A DNA stretch of 64,000 bases from Candidatus Latescibacterota bacterium. Its GTDB lineage: Bacteria; Latescibacterota; UBA2968; UBA8231. The notes under the pieces are model-generated. The model was not told the DNA's origin. It did no database searches and worked only from the letters and a program-made list of their open reading frames with translations. Both the position numbers and the translations under genes were made by a program. Shown here in pieces: positions 1-9,254 of this stretch. Each line of letters opens with the position of its first letter. Within the stretch, counting starts at the first letter, position 1. The DNA is taken from assembly GCA_965221775.1 (NCBI GenBank), contig CBDCSU010000006.1:1376001-1440000 (forward strand). The letters are read 5' to 3'.

Positions 1-483
1 GACGCAGCCGATCCTGCGAATCGCTCGACCGGAATCATGCTGAGACCGGGGCTGCTCCTGCAGCAGGGCGTCGAAGACCGAGCGGACCCCCTCGAAATCG
101 GTTGATCCCTCCAGGTGCCCGATCCGCAACTCCCCCTCTGTCGGCTTCTGGACTTCGGCGCATCCCGCCTCCGATAGCAGGGTGGCCGAGGTGCCGAAAT
201 CCGCCTGGTCCAGCGGCAGGTGCGCCCAGACATGGGTCAGGTCGTTTTCTCGCAGCAGCTCGTACACCCGGTCCCGCTGCTCGTACATGAAGCTCCAGGC
301 ATCGTGATGGGTGACGATCACGTTCGCCCCGAGATCGAGGGCCGCCGAGATCGATCTCGGTGTGATCGTCGTCGCGTAGCCTGTCGCGGAAGGGGCCGGG
401 CAGTGATCGCTGATCCCCCACTCGTCCGGGTGCTCGGCCAGCAACCGGGCGCCGAACAGATCCTCCAACGGCTCGCGGAACAT
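1..483 (-). CDS. NIF3-like (GTP cyclohydrolase 1 type 2 family) dinuclear metal protein, 3' end runs off the window
   Basis: Not in the ORF track. Manual translation from ATG 483 gives MFREPLEDLFG...ANVIVTHHDAW...VWAHLPLDQADFGTS...IRRIGCV, containing the NIF3 THH and HLPLD motifs. It starts right after the stop of the upstream gene (485). Confidence 0.75.
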   Translation of the reverse strand, partial: MFREPLEDLFGARLLAEHPDEWGISDHCPAPSATGYATTITPRSISAALDLGANVIVTHHDAWSFMYEQRDRVYELLRENDLTHVWAHLPLDQADFGTSATLLSEAGCAEVQKPTEGELRIGHLEGSTDFEGVRSVFDALLQEQPRSQHDSGRAIRRIGCV

Positions 484-484
484 C

Positions 485-1549
485 TCAGGCGAGCGTCTCC
501 CTCAGAAAGTCGTAGGCGCGGGCGCCGCTGATCTGGTGCCGGCCGGAGAAGATGTCCGCCTTCACCTGCCCGCCGGCCCCGAAGACCCCGTACACCTTGC
601 GCGCCCTGGCCAGGCCGGAGCGAACCGCGGAGATGGGGAAGATCGGGTCGTGGGTGCCGGCTTCCACCAGCATCGGCCGCGGGGCGATGAGGCCGGTTAG
701 ATCGTGCATCTCGCCGAACTCGGACAGGCCCGGCACGTAGTTGCAGGGGCAGTGATGCATGGCCAGGATGCTGTCCCGGAAGCTCGAGAAGTAGCCGCTC
801 ACCACGCAGGCGCCGATGCGCTCGTCGATGCAGGTGGAGAAGAAGGTGTGCATGCCGCCCCCGGAGATGCCCATCGCCCCGAGGCGGCCGGTGTCGAACT
901 CGGGACGGGTCTCCAGGTAGTCGACCAGGCGCAGGCCGTCCTGCACCCGGATGCCGACGACCGAGGTGCCGAGGTGGAAGGCGAGGAAGGCCATGTGGGC
1001 GCAGGTCGAAGGCGCCCCCTGCCCCTGTTCCAGGTAGGAGAAGTCGGTCTGGCGCTCGCCGAAGCCGGAGATCTCCGGGGCGGCCACCGCGAATCCGGCA
1101 CGGCACAGGGCGACGCCGAAGTCCTTGTGGTAGCCGTCGGGAACGTCGCGCTCGCCACCGTCCTCCCACAGGCCGACGATGTCCTTGACGCCGTACCCGT
1201 GGCCGTGGAAGGCCACCACACAGGGCAGGGGTCCCTGCGCCCCCTTGGGCAGCAGGAGGTAGACCGGCATCTGCGCGTGGGGGCCGGTGCGCAGGACGAT
1301 CTTCTCGCGCAGGTAGTCGCCCTTGTCCACCACCTCGATCCCGCGCGGCGCCGGGTCGACGCGCTCGCCTGCATCCAGCCGCAGAAGCCTTGCCAGGGCC
1401 CGGCGCGTCGTCCTCTGCCAACGCCCCGCCTCGGCCGGGGTCTCCGCCTTGAAGGCGCGCGCCGACGCCGCCGGGTCGTACTGCTTCCACAGCGACGTCG
1501 CCGGTTGCAGCGGTTTCATGGTGCGACTGTCGAGCACCCTGGAAGCCAT
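485..1549 (-). CDS. Dienelactone hydrolase-like / alpha-beta hydrolase (Abhydrolase_7-like)
   Basis: HGHG oxyanion region, GISGGG nucleophile elbow, HCPCNYVPG, DxIF and C-terminal His (GRHQ). Alternative start 1519. Confidence 0.8.
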   Translation of the reverse strand: MASRVLDSRTMKPLQPATSLWKQYDPAASARAFKAETPAEAGRWQRTTRRALARLLRLDAGERVDPAPRGIEVVDKGDYLREKIVLRTGPHAQMPVYLLLPKGAQGPLPCVVAFHGHGYGVKDIVGLWEDGGERDVPDGYHKDFGVALCRAGFAVAAPEISGFGERQTDFSYLEQGQGAPSTCAHMAFLAFHLGTSVVGIRVQDGLRLVDYLETRPEFDTGRLGAMGISGGGMHTFFSTCIDERIGACVVSGYFSSFRDSILAMHHCPCNYVPGLSEFGEMHDLTGLIAPRPMLVEAGTHDPIFPISAVRSGLARARKVYGVFGAGGQVKADIFSGRHQISGARAYDFLRETLA

Positions 1550-1553
1550 GGCG

Positions 1554-2612
1554 CTACATCCGTATCCAGTCCGCCAGCTCCTGGTGCTGGAAGATCATGG
1601 TCTCCTGGATGCTCGACATCCGTCCCGCACCCGCTTCCCTGGCGCGGAGGTACATGGCGTGGGCGATCGCCACGTCGACGTAGGCGAGGCCGACGGCGTT
1701 GAAGTAGGCCCGTTCCTCCGGCGTCTCCCTGCCGCTCTTCTCGCCGGCGATGATCTCCACGAGGTTGGCGTGGACATCCTCGTCCCGGAGCTCGCCGTCC
1801 TTGTACATGCGGCTGAGGGTCTGGGTCCGGTGCTTCACCGTCTCCCAGTCGTCGCAGACGATCTTTTCGCACTGCTTCGCCACGGCGTACTCGTCCTCCC
1901 AGCCGCCGATGTGGCTGTAGAAGCTTCCCGGCTTCATCCACGCCGCCTTGAGGAGAGGGGCCTGGGCGCTGGTGGCGGTGACGAGGATGTCCGCTCCCTC
2001 CATGGCCTGCCGGGCCTCCGTGCCCGCCGCGGAGAACCGCATCTCTCCGAAGAGGGGCCGCATCTCCTCGATGAACTGCTGCTCCTCCTCGGCCAGCTTG
2101 GCCGAGACCCGGCACTCCTCGATCCCGGGAATGACCGTCTTCATGCCGATCAGGTGCATCTTGGCCTGCTCTCCCGCCCCGATGAAGGCGATGCTCCTCG
2201 AGTCGGGCCGCGCCAGGTGCCTGGCGGCGAGGGCCCCCATCGCTCCGACGCGCACGTTCGAGCACAGCGTTCCATCCATGAAGGCGATGGGGAGACCGCG
2301 CTCGATCTCGGACAGGATGATGACGGCGGAGAGGTTCTGCATGCCGTATCTCTCGGGGTTGCGCGGGAAGACCGACACCCACTTGACTCCGCACACCTTC
2401 TCCGTCAGCAGGGTTGCGGGCAGGCAGTTGATCCGCTCCTGGGTACCCTCGTCGAAGATCTGCACCACCTTGTCGGGGAAGAGGATCTCCTCCCTCCGGA
2501 AGGCGAGCATCGCCTCCTCGGCGGCGCCTATGGCAAGCCGCATGTCCAGGCATCCGGCCTTCAGCAGATCCTCCTGCGAGAGGAAGAGGCACTCGATACG
2601 GTTGTCGTTCAT
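1554..2612 (-). CDS. Ornithine cyclodeaminase/mu-crystallin family protein
   Basis: GVKWVSVFPRN, Rossmann IGAGEQA, ADILVTAT and FNAVGLAYVDVA motifs. Confidence 0.85.
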   Translation of the reverse strand: MNDNRIECLFLSQEDLLKAGCLDMRLAIGAAEEAMLAFRREEILFPDKVVQIFDEGTQERINCLPATLLTEKVCGVKWVSVFPRNPERYGMQNLSAVIILSEIERGLPIAFMDGTLCSNVRVGAMGALAARHLARPDSRSIAFIGAGEQAKMHLIGMKTVIPGIEECRVSAKLAEEEQQFIEEMRPLFGEMRFSAAGTEARQAMEGADILVTATSAQAPLLKAAWMKPGSFYSHIGGWEDEYAVAKQCEKIVCDDWETVKHRTQTLSRMYKDGELRDEDVHANLVEIIAGEKSGRETPEERAYFNAVGLAYVDVAIAHAMYLRAREAGAGRMSSIQETMIFQHQELADWIRM

Positions 2613-3505
2613 TCGATCAGACTCTCCGGTGACAGGGTCCCGATGGCCAGCCGGCTGATCTCGCCGATGGCGTCCATGCCGATCTGCTGGCTCTCGCGGG
2701 TGTCGGTGGTGGCCAGGGCGGCGATGACCAGGGGGCCCGTGGGCAGATAGACGACGCCGGTGTCGGCCTTGATGCGGCCGCTGCCCCCGTTCTTGCGCGC
2801 CGCCTCGATCTCGGGCCGGAGATACTGGCGGATGCGGTTCGGGTTCCTCGGCTGCTTCATCATCTCCAGCATCTCCTCACAGGCCCGGGCGTCGATGATC
2901 TCGCGCCGCTCCATCCTCTCCATCATCCGGCCGAGGTCCCGCGCCGAGGCGACGTTGTTGTCGAGGGAGCTGGCGAAGGGCCGCTCCCGGTCGCCGTCGC
3001 CGCTGAGCCGGCCCGCGACCTTCAGCTCATCGTTCTCCCGCGAGGGCGTGACCGTGATGCCGTCCATGAGGTAGTGCCAGACGCCGATGGGCATGGGGAA
3101 GCGCGTCTGATGGAAACCCATGGCCTCCATGGTGGCGTTGATCGCCTCCGGTGTCACCAGTCCGACCAGGGTATCGGTGGCGACGTTGTCGCTCACCGCC
3201 ATCATCAGCCGGCAGTAGTCGCGCACCGTCAGCTCCGGATGGTCCCGGGTCATGCGCAGGACGCCGGTGCCCTGGGAGGAGACGTCGGCCGGCACGCGAT
3301 GGCGGTCGTCGAGGGACAGGAGGCCCTCCCGGTCCTGGCGGAAGACCTCGATCAGGGCCGCCACCTTGATGGTGCTGGCCGTAGGCAGCGGCTCGTCGGC
3401 GTTGTGCTCGCACTGCAGCCCGGTCTCCAGGTCCTTGACGTAGAACCCGATGCGGCCCGGAACACCGCCGGCCACGGCGTTCATCTCGGAGGCAGGGAAG
3501 GTCAT
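2609..3505 (-). CDS. Serine hydrolase, class A beta-lactamase-like fold, no signal peptide
   Basis: C-terminal part of ORF 2609..4585; ATG 3505 overlaps the upstream stop (ATGA). SxxK (ASTIK), SDN and K-N-G (KTG-like) motifs. Confidence 0.8.
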   Translation of the reverse strand: MTFPASEMNAVAGGVPGRIGFYVKDLETGLQCEHNADEPLPTASTIKVAALIEVFRQDREGLLSLDDRHRVPADVSSQGTGVLRMTRDHPELTVRDYCRLMMAVSDNVATDTLVGLVTPEAINATMEAMGFHQTRFPMPIGVWHYLMDGITVTPSRENDELKVAGRLSGDGDRERPFASSLDNNVASARDLGRMMERMERREIIDARACEEMLEMMKQPRNPNRIRQYLRPEIEAARKNGGSGRIKADTGVVYLPTGPLVIAALATTDTRESQQIGMDAIGEISRLAIGTLSPESLIE

Positions 3506-4674
3506 CGTGAATCCGTTTCGCTGGTCGGGTCCTGCTTGTGGTCGCGGATGTGGGCGAGGAAGGCCTCGGTGCCTTCCGACTCCCGGCGGCCGACGTGGCG
3601 GCGGCGGCTGGGAATGATGCGCAGGCCGCGGTCCTGGAGCGGCAGATCGACCCGAACCACGCCCCGGCGGTGAGACTCGCGGACGGCGATGGCCACCTCC
3701 AGGGCCTTGCGCAGGTCGGCGCCCGAGCACTTCACGGGAGCCCCGCTGTCGACGGCGTCGAGGAAGGCGGCCACGCTCTCGGTCATGCGCGTGCGCGGGA
3801 CCTCCCAGCCCTCCGCGTCGTACTCGTGGAGGGCGGTCTGCCCCGGGTCGGGATCCGGGAACAGGCGGCGGGCCAGCCTGAGGTGGCGGCCCTCCCGCCG
3901 CCACAGGCCGCCGACGCGGCTCTGCCCGATGAACAGCATCCCCTCGGAACCCAGGACCTCGATCCCGTTCTTGGCCGCCACGTTCCGGTGCAGGTGGGCG
4001 GTGAGGCCGTCGGCGAAGCCGATGACTCCGAAGACGACGCCCTGGTCGTGGTCGCTGTGCTCGTCGATGCGGCCCAGGTGCGCGTCGGCCGGATCCCCGT
4101 CGACGGCGCCCACCACCCAGTCGACCTCGGCGTCGCCGGCGAACATGAAGCCGTCGGAGAGCTGCCGGCAGCCCTGGCCCGACATCTGGTTGCCGCCGCA
4201 GCCGTAGATATTGATCGACTGAACCTCCCCGATCTCGCCCGACTCGACCAGGCGGCGGGCGGTCCAGATCTCGGGGGCGTTGCGGAACATGTCCCCCGCC
4301 GACCAGGGGATGCCGCGGGCGGCGCAGGCCTCGACGGCGAGGTCGGCTTCGGCGAGGCTGACGGCCACCGGTTTCTCGCTGAAGATGCCGAGGAGGCCCT
4401 CCTTGCCGGAGCAGGCGGCGACGACCTCGGCGTTCACCGAGACCGGGAGCGCCAGCAGGGCGATCTCGAACTCCTCCCCGGCGAGCATCTCCCGGTAGTC
4501 CTGGTACCCGGGCAGGCCGCCGAAGCGCCGGCGGAACAGGTCGAGCCCTTCCCGCCCCCGGTTGGCCGCGCAGACCACCCGGCACCGCGGGTCCAGTTCG
4601 AAGGTCCGGGCCAGGCGGGTGCCGTGGCTGCCGCAGCCGATGACGGCCACGCCGTACTCGGGCGGAGCCCCCAT
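3502..4674 (-). CDS. Gfo/Idh/MocA family oxidoreductase
   Basis: VIGCGSHG Rossmann motif and EKP motif; ATG 4674 coupled to the upstream stop (TGATG). Confidence 0.85.
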   Translation of the reverse strand: MGAPPEYGVAVIGCGSHGTRLARTFELDPRCRVVCAANRGREGLDLFRRRFGGLPGYQDYREMLAGEEFEIALLALPVSVNAEVVAACSGKEGLLGIFSEKPVAVSLAEADLAVEACAARGIPWSAGDMFRNAPEIWTARRLVESGEIGEVQSINIYGCGGNQMSGQGCRQLSDGFMFAGDAEVDWVVGAVDGDPADAHLGRIDEHSDHDQGVVFGVIGFADGLTAHLHRNVAAKNGIEVLGSEGMLFIGQSRVGGLWRREGRHLRLARRLFPDPDPGQTALHEYDAEGWEVPRTRMTESVAAFLDAVDSGAPVKCSGADLRKALEVAIAVRESHRRGVVRVDLPLQDRGLRIIPSRRRHVGRRESEGTEAFLAHIRDHKQDPTSETDSR

Positions 4675-6674
4675 CAGTGGGGGAAGCCCGGCGGCATCTC
4701 CGGCTCGGAGGCGACCTCGATCCCTTTCTCGTGCCACGGGTGGGCGTACGACGGGGTGTTGACGAAGCGCTCCATCCCCAGATCCAGGCGGATCGAGGTC
4801 GACGGCGGCAGCGACACCGTCAGGTACTTCCCTTCCACCGGCTGCCGCCGGGTCTCCTCACCCTCGCGCCAGGCCGCCCCGGTGAAGGCGTGCTCGCCGA
4901 AGGCGCCGGCCTGCACGATCACCGCGGCCTCGTCCGAAGCGCTCAGGTTCACCAACCGCAGGGCGGCGCCGTCGGGCCGGATCTCCTCCACGAGGGCCGC
5001 GGTGTCGGGGGGCAGTCCGGGGCGCCCGGCGCTGGCGTCGTGGTAGCGCACCGTCGCCCGCAGCAGGCTGCCGTTGTAGACCATCTGCGGGCAGCCCAGC
5101 ATCGTCTGGATGAGGGCGCGCGTGCGGATGCCGTTGACGGGGTGGGCGTGCTGGTCGACCAGCTCCTGGGGCGTGCGGTCCTCGTCCACGAGCCGTTGCC
5201 GCCGCCGCAGGGCGTCGTCCAGCTCGTGGCGCAGGATCCTCACCGGCCAGTCGGGGTTGCGGCCGTCGTAGTAGTTGAAGCGGGCCAGCTCCGAATCCCC
5301 CTGGTCCTTCTCGCTGGCGCCGAGCTCCTCGTTCCAGTTGCGGCGGACCTCGCCGTCGCGGAAGTGCCTGAAGAGCTGCACGTCCTCCTCGGCCAGGGAT
5401 GCGTGCCACAGGTGGGCCAGGTCCTTGCCCCGCATCGGCGAGGCGCCGAGGTGGCCGTACTCGTTGTCGTCGACCCAGCCCCGGTAGTCGTGCCGGTAGC
5501 GGATGAGGAGCTGGCCGTCGTCGCCGGTGACCGCGTTGTCGGCGATGACCGTCAGCTGGGAGCGCAGGATCTCGAGGTACTCGGCGTCGCCGGTGAGGAG
5601 CTGGGCGCACTCGGCGGCGGAGACCAGGCCGTGGAAGATGATGTTGAAGCCCATGTAGTAGCTCCAGCCCATCAGGCCGCCCCACCACTGGCCGTCGCGG
5701 TGCTCGCCGATGATGCCGTTGGGACCGATGTTGTCGGGGATGATGCCGCCGTTCCTGCGGATGCGGTCCATCCACGCCTCGACGTAGTCGAGGACCCACT
5801 TCCTGTACTGCTCCTCGCCGGTGTAGAGGTAGGCGTTGGTCACCAGGCTGCAGGCGGCCAGGTTGTTGGCCACGTCGCCGTCGAGGACCATGCGGTTGAA
5901 GAGCTTCAGGACCTCGCCGGCGCGCGCCGGCTTCTTCCACCAGCCCTCCTCCAGGCCGTCGAGGCGGGGGCGCAGGGTGGTCTTGGTGCCCATCTCCTTG
6001 AACAGGTACCGCTCCCCGGACTCGTGGACGCGGCTGCCGTGGAGCTCGGCCATGGCGTTCTCGAGGGTGACCTCGAAGACGGGGCCGCGGCTGGTGGGGA
6101 AGGGGGAGCGGATGATGCGGTGGTTGGCGTCCCAGTTGGGGGCCTCCGGGTCGGCGCCGATGAACATGTTCGCGAAGCGGCGGGCGCGGTCCACGTTCTC
6201 GGGGATCTCCGGGTCGGCGAGGCCGAAGCCGTAGAAGGCCATGTTCCCCTCGGAGTGGTGGTGCCACTCGTTCACCATGCGGCGTCCCGGGACCCAGGTC
6301 GACTCCTCCTGCCGGCCCAGGCAGTAGTACTCGTTGTAAAGCTGGGGCAGCATCCAGCCGAAGACGGGGTTGCCCCGGGGGCCGTTGGTGCGCGTCGACG
6401 CGTTCCAGATCATCATGGCGTCGTCGAAGACCCGGCGGGCGCCGCCCATGGCGTAGAACACGCTCCAGTTGTCGACCTTCTCGTAGTAGTCGTCGATGTC
6501 GTCGACGTAGTACATCATGCCGCCGGGCGCGCAGTGCTTCTCCACCATGAGGGCCGCATTCTCCTCGCCCACCTCGATGAGGCGGCGCTGCAGGAGGGCC
6601 CATTCGGGCGGGGCGGCTATCTGCGAGGCGGCGATGGCGGGGCCGTACCGGAGAGGGGCGGACATCTGTCTCAT
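4674..6674 (-). CDS. Uncharacterised ~650-aa protein, paralog A1 (possible alpha/alpha-toroid enzyme)
   Basis: Long ORF with typical codon bias; shares many motifs with 9255..11189 and 17076..19106 (EWHH..EG.MAFY, PDN.GP.G..GE.R.G..WGG, LLRATVRY, VQAGAFGEH). Confidence 0.8.
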   Translation of the reverse strand: MRQMSAPLRYGPAIAASQIAAPPEWALLQRRLIEVGEENAALMVEKHCAPGGMMYYVDDIDDYYEKVDNWSVFYAMGGARRVFDDAMMIWNASTRTNGPRGNPVFGWMLPQLYNEYYCLGRQEESTWVPGRRMVNEWHHHSEGNMAFYGFGLADPEIPENVDRARRFANMFIGADPEAPNWDANHRIIRSPFPTSRGPVFEVTLENAMAELHGSRVHESGERYLFKEMGTKTTLRPRLDGLEEGWWKKPARAGEVLKLFNRMVLDGDVANNLAACSLVTNAYLYTGEEQYRKWVLDYVEAWMDRIRRNGGIIPDNIGPNGIIGEHRDGQWWGGLMGWSYYMGFNIIFHGLVSAAECAQLLTGDAEYLEILRSQLTVIADNAVTGDDGQLLIRYRHDYRGWVDDNEYGHLGASPMRGKDLAHLWHASLAEEDVQLFRHFRDGEVRRNWNEELGASEKDQGDSELARFNYYDGRNPDWPVRILRHELDDALRRRQRLVDEDRTPQELVDQHAHPVNGIRTRALIQTMLGCPQMVYNGSLLRATVRYHDASAGRPGLPPDTAALVEEIRPDGAALRLVNLSASDEAAVIVQAGAFGEHAFTGAAWREGEETRRQPVEGKYLTVSLPPSTSIRLDLGMERFVNTPSYAHPWHEKGIEVASEPEMPPGFPH

Positions 6675-8938
6675 CCCCCGACCACCAGGGTGTTACCGCT
6701 CGCGTATCTCCCCCTCTCGCCCTCGGTCGTGATCTCCACGACCCATCGATACTCGCCCCGCGCTTCGGGGAGAAGGTCGCCGCAGATCTCGCCGACGCGC
6801 TCCGTGCCATCCACATCCGCCCATTCGTCGGCCTCTCCGCGAATCTGCCACTTGGAGGTGCCGAAAGAGGTAGCGGTGTCGGAGATGACGCTGGAAACAG
6901 TGAGGCAGCCTCCTCCCGGACTGACCCAGACTGTCAGAGCGCCCACCTGGGCCTGGATTCCTCCGCCTGCGACGATCTGAATCCAGTCGACCGGTGTGTA
7001 GTCGTCCCCGGTCACGGTGACGCTCGCGGTCAGGGGCGTCGACACCAGACCTCCCGGGTCGCGGGCCGTCACCGTCACCGTGGCCATCCCCTCGGCGACT
7101 CCCGTGAAGGTCACCGTGCTGCCCGTCACGGACACGCTCACGATGCGCGGGTTCGACGATGTCGCCGAGTAGGTCAGCTCCTCCCCGTCGGGGTCGCTGA
7201 AGAACTCGGAGACGTCCACGTCCACGGAGCCGCCTTCGGGTATGGTCACCGCGGGCCTCTCCCCGTCCGCCGTATCGCCCTCCTGTGAGGTCTGCGGAGG
7301 AAGCTCGTTCACCGTCGCCAGCGGCGGCTGGTTCGCGGCCATCTCCACCGTGACGCGGACTCCCGCGGAGCAGTTGTTGCCGGCACTCTCGCCGTCCCCG
7401 CCGTCGACGCAGGCGCCGTAGTAGTAGGTGCCTTCATCCGATGGGGCATCGAGGCGGATCGACTCGGCACTCGTGCCGGAGGCGGCCAGGGCGCTCACCT
7501 GATCGGTGCCGACTTGCGTATCCTGCCTGGAGATCGTCCGGTTCGACGAGCGGTAGTAGCGCAACGTCGTCGCTGCCGCCCCGCCCGTGCCCTGGTTGCG
7601 GATCGTGGCGCTGAGCGTAAACTCCTGCCCCGGCGTCAAGCTGTTGTCGCTGACCAGGATCGATTGAACGATCAGGTCGGCGGGGCTGCCGGCCACCTCG
7701 TAGGTGTAGGTCCGCAGGACCGTGCCGTCCGATTCGCGCCGCAGCTCCACCGTGCCCGTGCCCTCCGCGCACCCGGCCAGGTAGATCGACTCTCCGTCCT
7801 GGCGCGAGAGGTCGTCCTCGGCCTCGGCCGGGCAGTAGTTGCCCCGGCCGCTGCGCGTGGTGATCTCCAGCAGCCGGGGGGTTCCCGCCGGGTTGACCAC
7901 CACCGTGACCGGCTCGTCGGCCTCGACCGTGAACCGGTGCCAGGCCCCGTCGTCGGCCAACGACAGCGTCGAGGACTCCGGCGACAGCGAAACGGCCGGA
8001 CCCACCGCCTCTCCGATGCCGGCGGGCAATGCCGGATCGGATGGATCGTTGAGGTAGGCGGCGATGGCCCAGGCGTCGGACAGATCGATCCGGCCGTCGC
8101 CGTTGACGTCGCCCAGGGAGATATCGCCGCCGTTGGGCATGACGATGGAAGCATCGAGGCTGTATGCCACCACCAGCAGGGCGTCGAAGAAGTCGACCCG
8201 GCCGGTGTTGTCCACGTCGCCCAGAATGCCACCCGAGGCCACCTTCGCCGAGGGAATCTCGCTCGGCGCTTCGACCACCACCTCCAGCGGGGCGAGGCCC
8301 GCCTCCACCCGGAAAGCCGGATCGACGTAGGGGACGAGTCCCGGCCCCGAGACGATCAATCCGTAGGCCGGGGCTCCGGCTTCGCCGGAGGGAGCCTCGC
8401 CGGGGGAGCCCGCCCCCGACGGAATCCCCGCCTGTCCGTCGATCAGCAGCATCGACCGGCTGATCCTCGCCCCGCCCCCGCTCAGCCGGTAGACATAGAC
8501 GCCGGCGCCCACCGCCCGACCCGCCTCATCCGTGGCATCCCATGCCGCGGTGTGAAAACCGGCCGGCTGCTCCCCGTCCACCAGAGTCGCCACGCGCTGC
8601 CCCAGGAGATTGAACACCTCCAGGCGCACGGCCATCGAAGCCGGCAGTTGGTACGGGATGAGGGTGGAGGGGTTGAAGGGATTGGGGTAGTTCGACCCCA
8701 GCCCGAAGCGCTCCGGGAGAGCTCCCGACTCGGCGGCCAACGGCAGAGTGAACCGCCCCGATCGGTCCGTGACGGCAGTCAGCGGCGCGGCGCGCAGATC
8801 GGTCAGATTGACCAGCAGCACCCGGGCCCCGGGCACCGGGGCGCCCGAGGGCAAGAGCACCCGCCCCTCGACCAGGGGCCGGGCCTCCGCACTCCATGAC
8901 GCGGCCAACCCGATGATGCAGATGATGGCTGTTTTCAT
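6671..8938 (-). CDS. Secreted modular protein: carboxypeptidase-regulatory-like/FlgD-Ig (T9SS-CTD-like) + dockerin + CARDB + cadherin/Ig-like domains
   Basis: Signal peptide MKTAIICIIGLAASWSAEA; NYPNPFNPST...GVYVYRL; paired dockerin repeats GDVDNTGRVDFFDA / GDVNGDGRIDLSDA; ADLIVQSI...TIRNQG (CARDB); FSDPDGEELTYSA (cadherin-like). Confidence 0.8.
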   Translation of the reverse strand: MKTAIICIIGLAASWSAEARPLVEGRVLLPSGAPVPGARVLLVNLTDLRAAPLTAVTDRSGRFTLPLAAESGALPERFGLGSNYPNPFNPSTLIPYQLPASMAVRLEVFNLLGQRVATLVDGEQPAGFHTAAWDATDEAGRAVGAGVYVYRLSGGGARISRSMLLIDGQAGIPSGAGSPGEAPSGEAGAPAYGLIVSGPGLVPYVDPAFRVEAGLAPLEVVVEAPSEIPSAKVASGGILGDVDNTGRVDFFDALLVVAYSLDASIVMPNGGDISLGDVNGDGRIDLSDAWAIAAYLNDPSDPALPAGIGEAVGPAVSLSPESSTLSLADDGAWHRFTVEADEPVTVVVNPAGTPRLLEITTRSGRGNYCPAEAEDDLSRQDGESIYLAGCAEGTGTVELRRESDGTVLRTYTYEVAGSPADLIVQSILVSDNSLTPGQEFTLSATIRNQGTGGAAATTLRYYRSSNRTISRQDTQVGTDQVSALAASGTSAESIRLDAPSDEGTYYYGACVDGGDGESAGNNCSAGVRVTVEMAANQPPLATVNELPPQTSQEGDTADGERPAVTIPEGGSVDVDVSEFFSDPDGEELTYSATSSNPRIVSVSVTGSTVTFTGVAEGMATVTVTARDPGGLVSTPLTASVTVTGDDYTPVDWIQIVAGGGIQAQVGALTVWVSPGGGCLTVSSVISDTATSFGTSKWQIRGEADEWADVDGTERVGEICGDLLPEARGEYRWVVEITTEGERGRYASGNTLVVGG

Positions 8939-9254
8939 CTCAATGCCCTCCCGAAAGGCCATCATGCCAACCGTGTCAGCTTGACGGCACCTTGCTTTGG
9001 GGGAGTAACCGCTGCGGCCCCCCGTCGCACGGTGGCCCCGAGCAGGTCGGAGCGCCGGGCGGGGCGGGCTGGGGAGGGATGGTTCGCCGCCAGGGGGGGA
9101 GGACGACGGCGATGACAACGGCCGAGGGCCAGGCGAGGCAGGGTCTCCTCGTGCCACGGGTAATCTACCCGGCGGCGGGCCGGGCGGGCAAGCCCGGGGT
9201 CAGGCGGCCTCCCTTGTCCTGCGGCGGCGGGCGATGGCCGCGCCGGGGCGCCTT

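Noticed and set aside
2609-3505. Class A beta-lactamase as an antibiotic-resistance gene
   Set aside because: No signal peptide, KTG is changed to KNG, and the gene is embedded in a metabolic operon; a generic serine hydrolase is more likely
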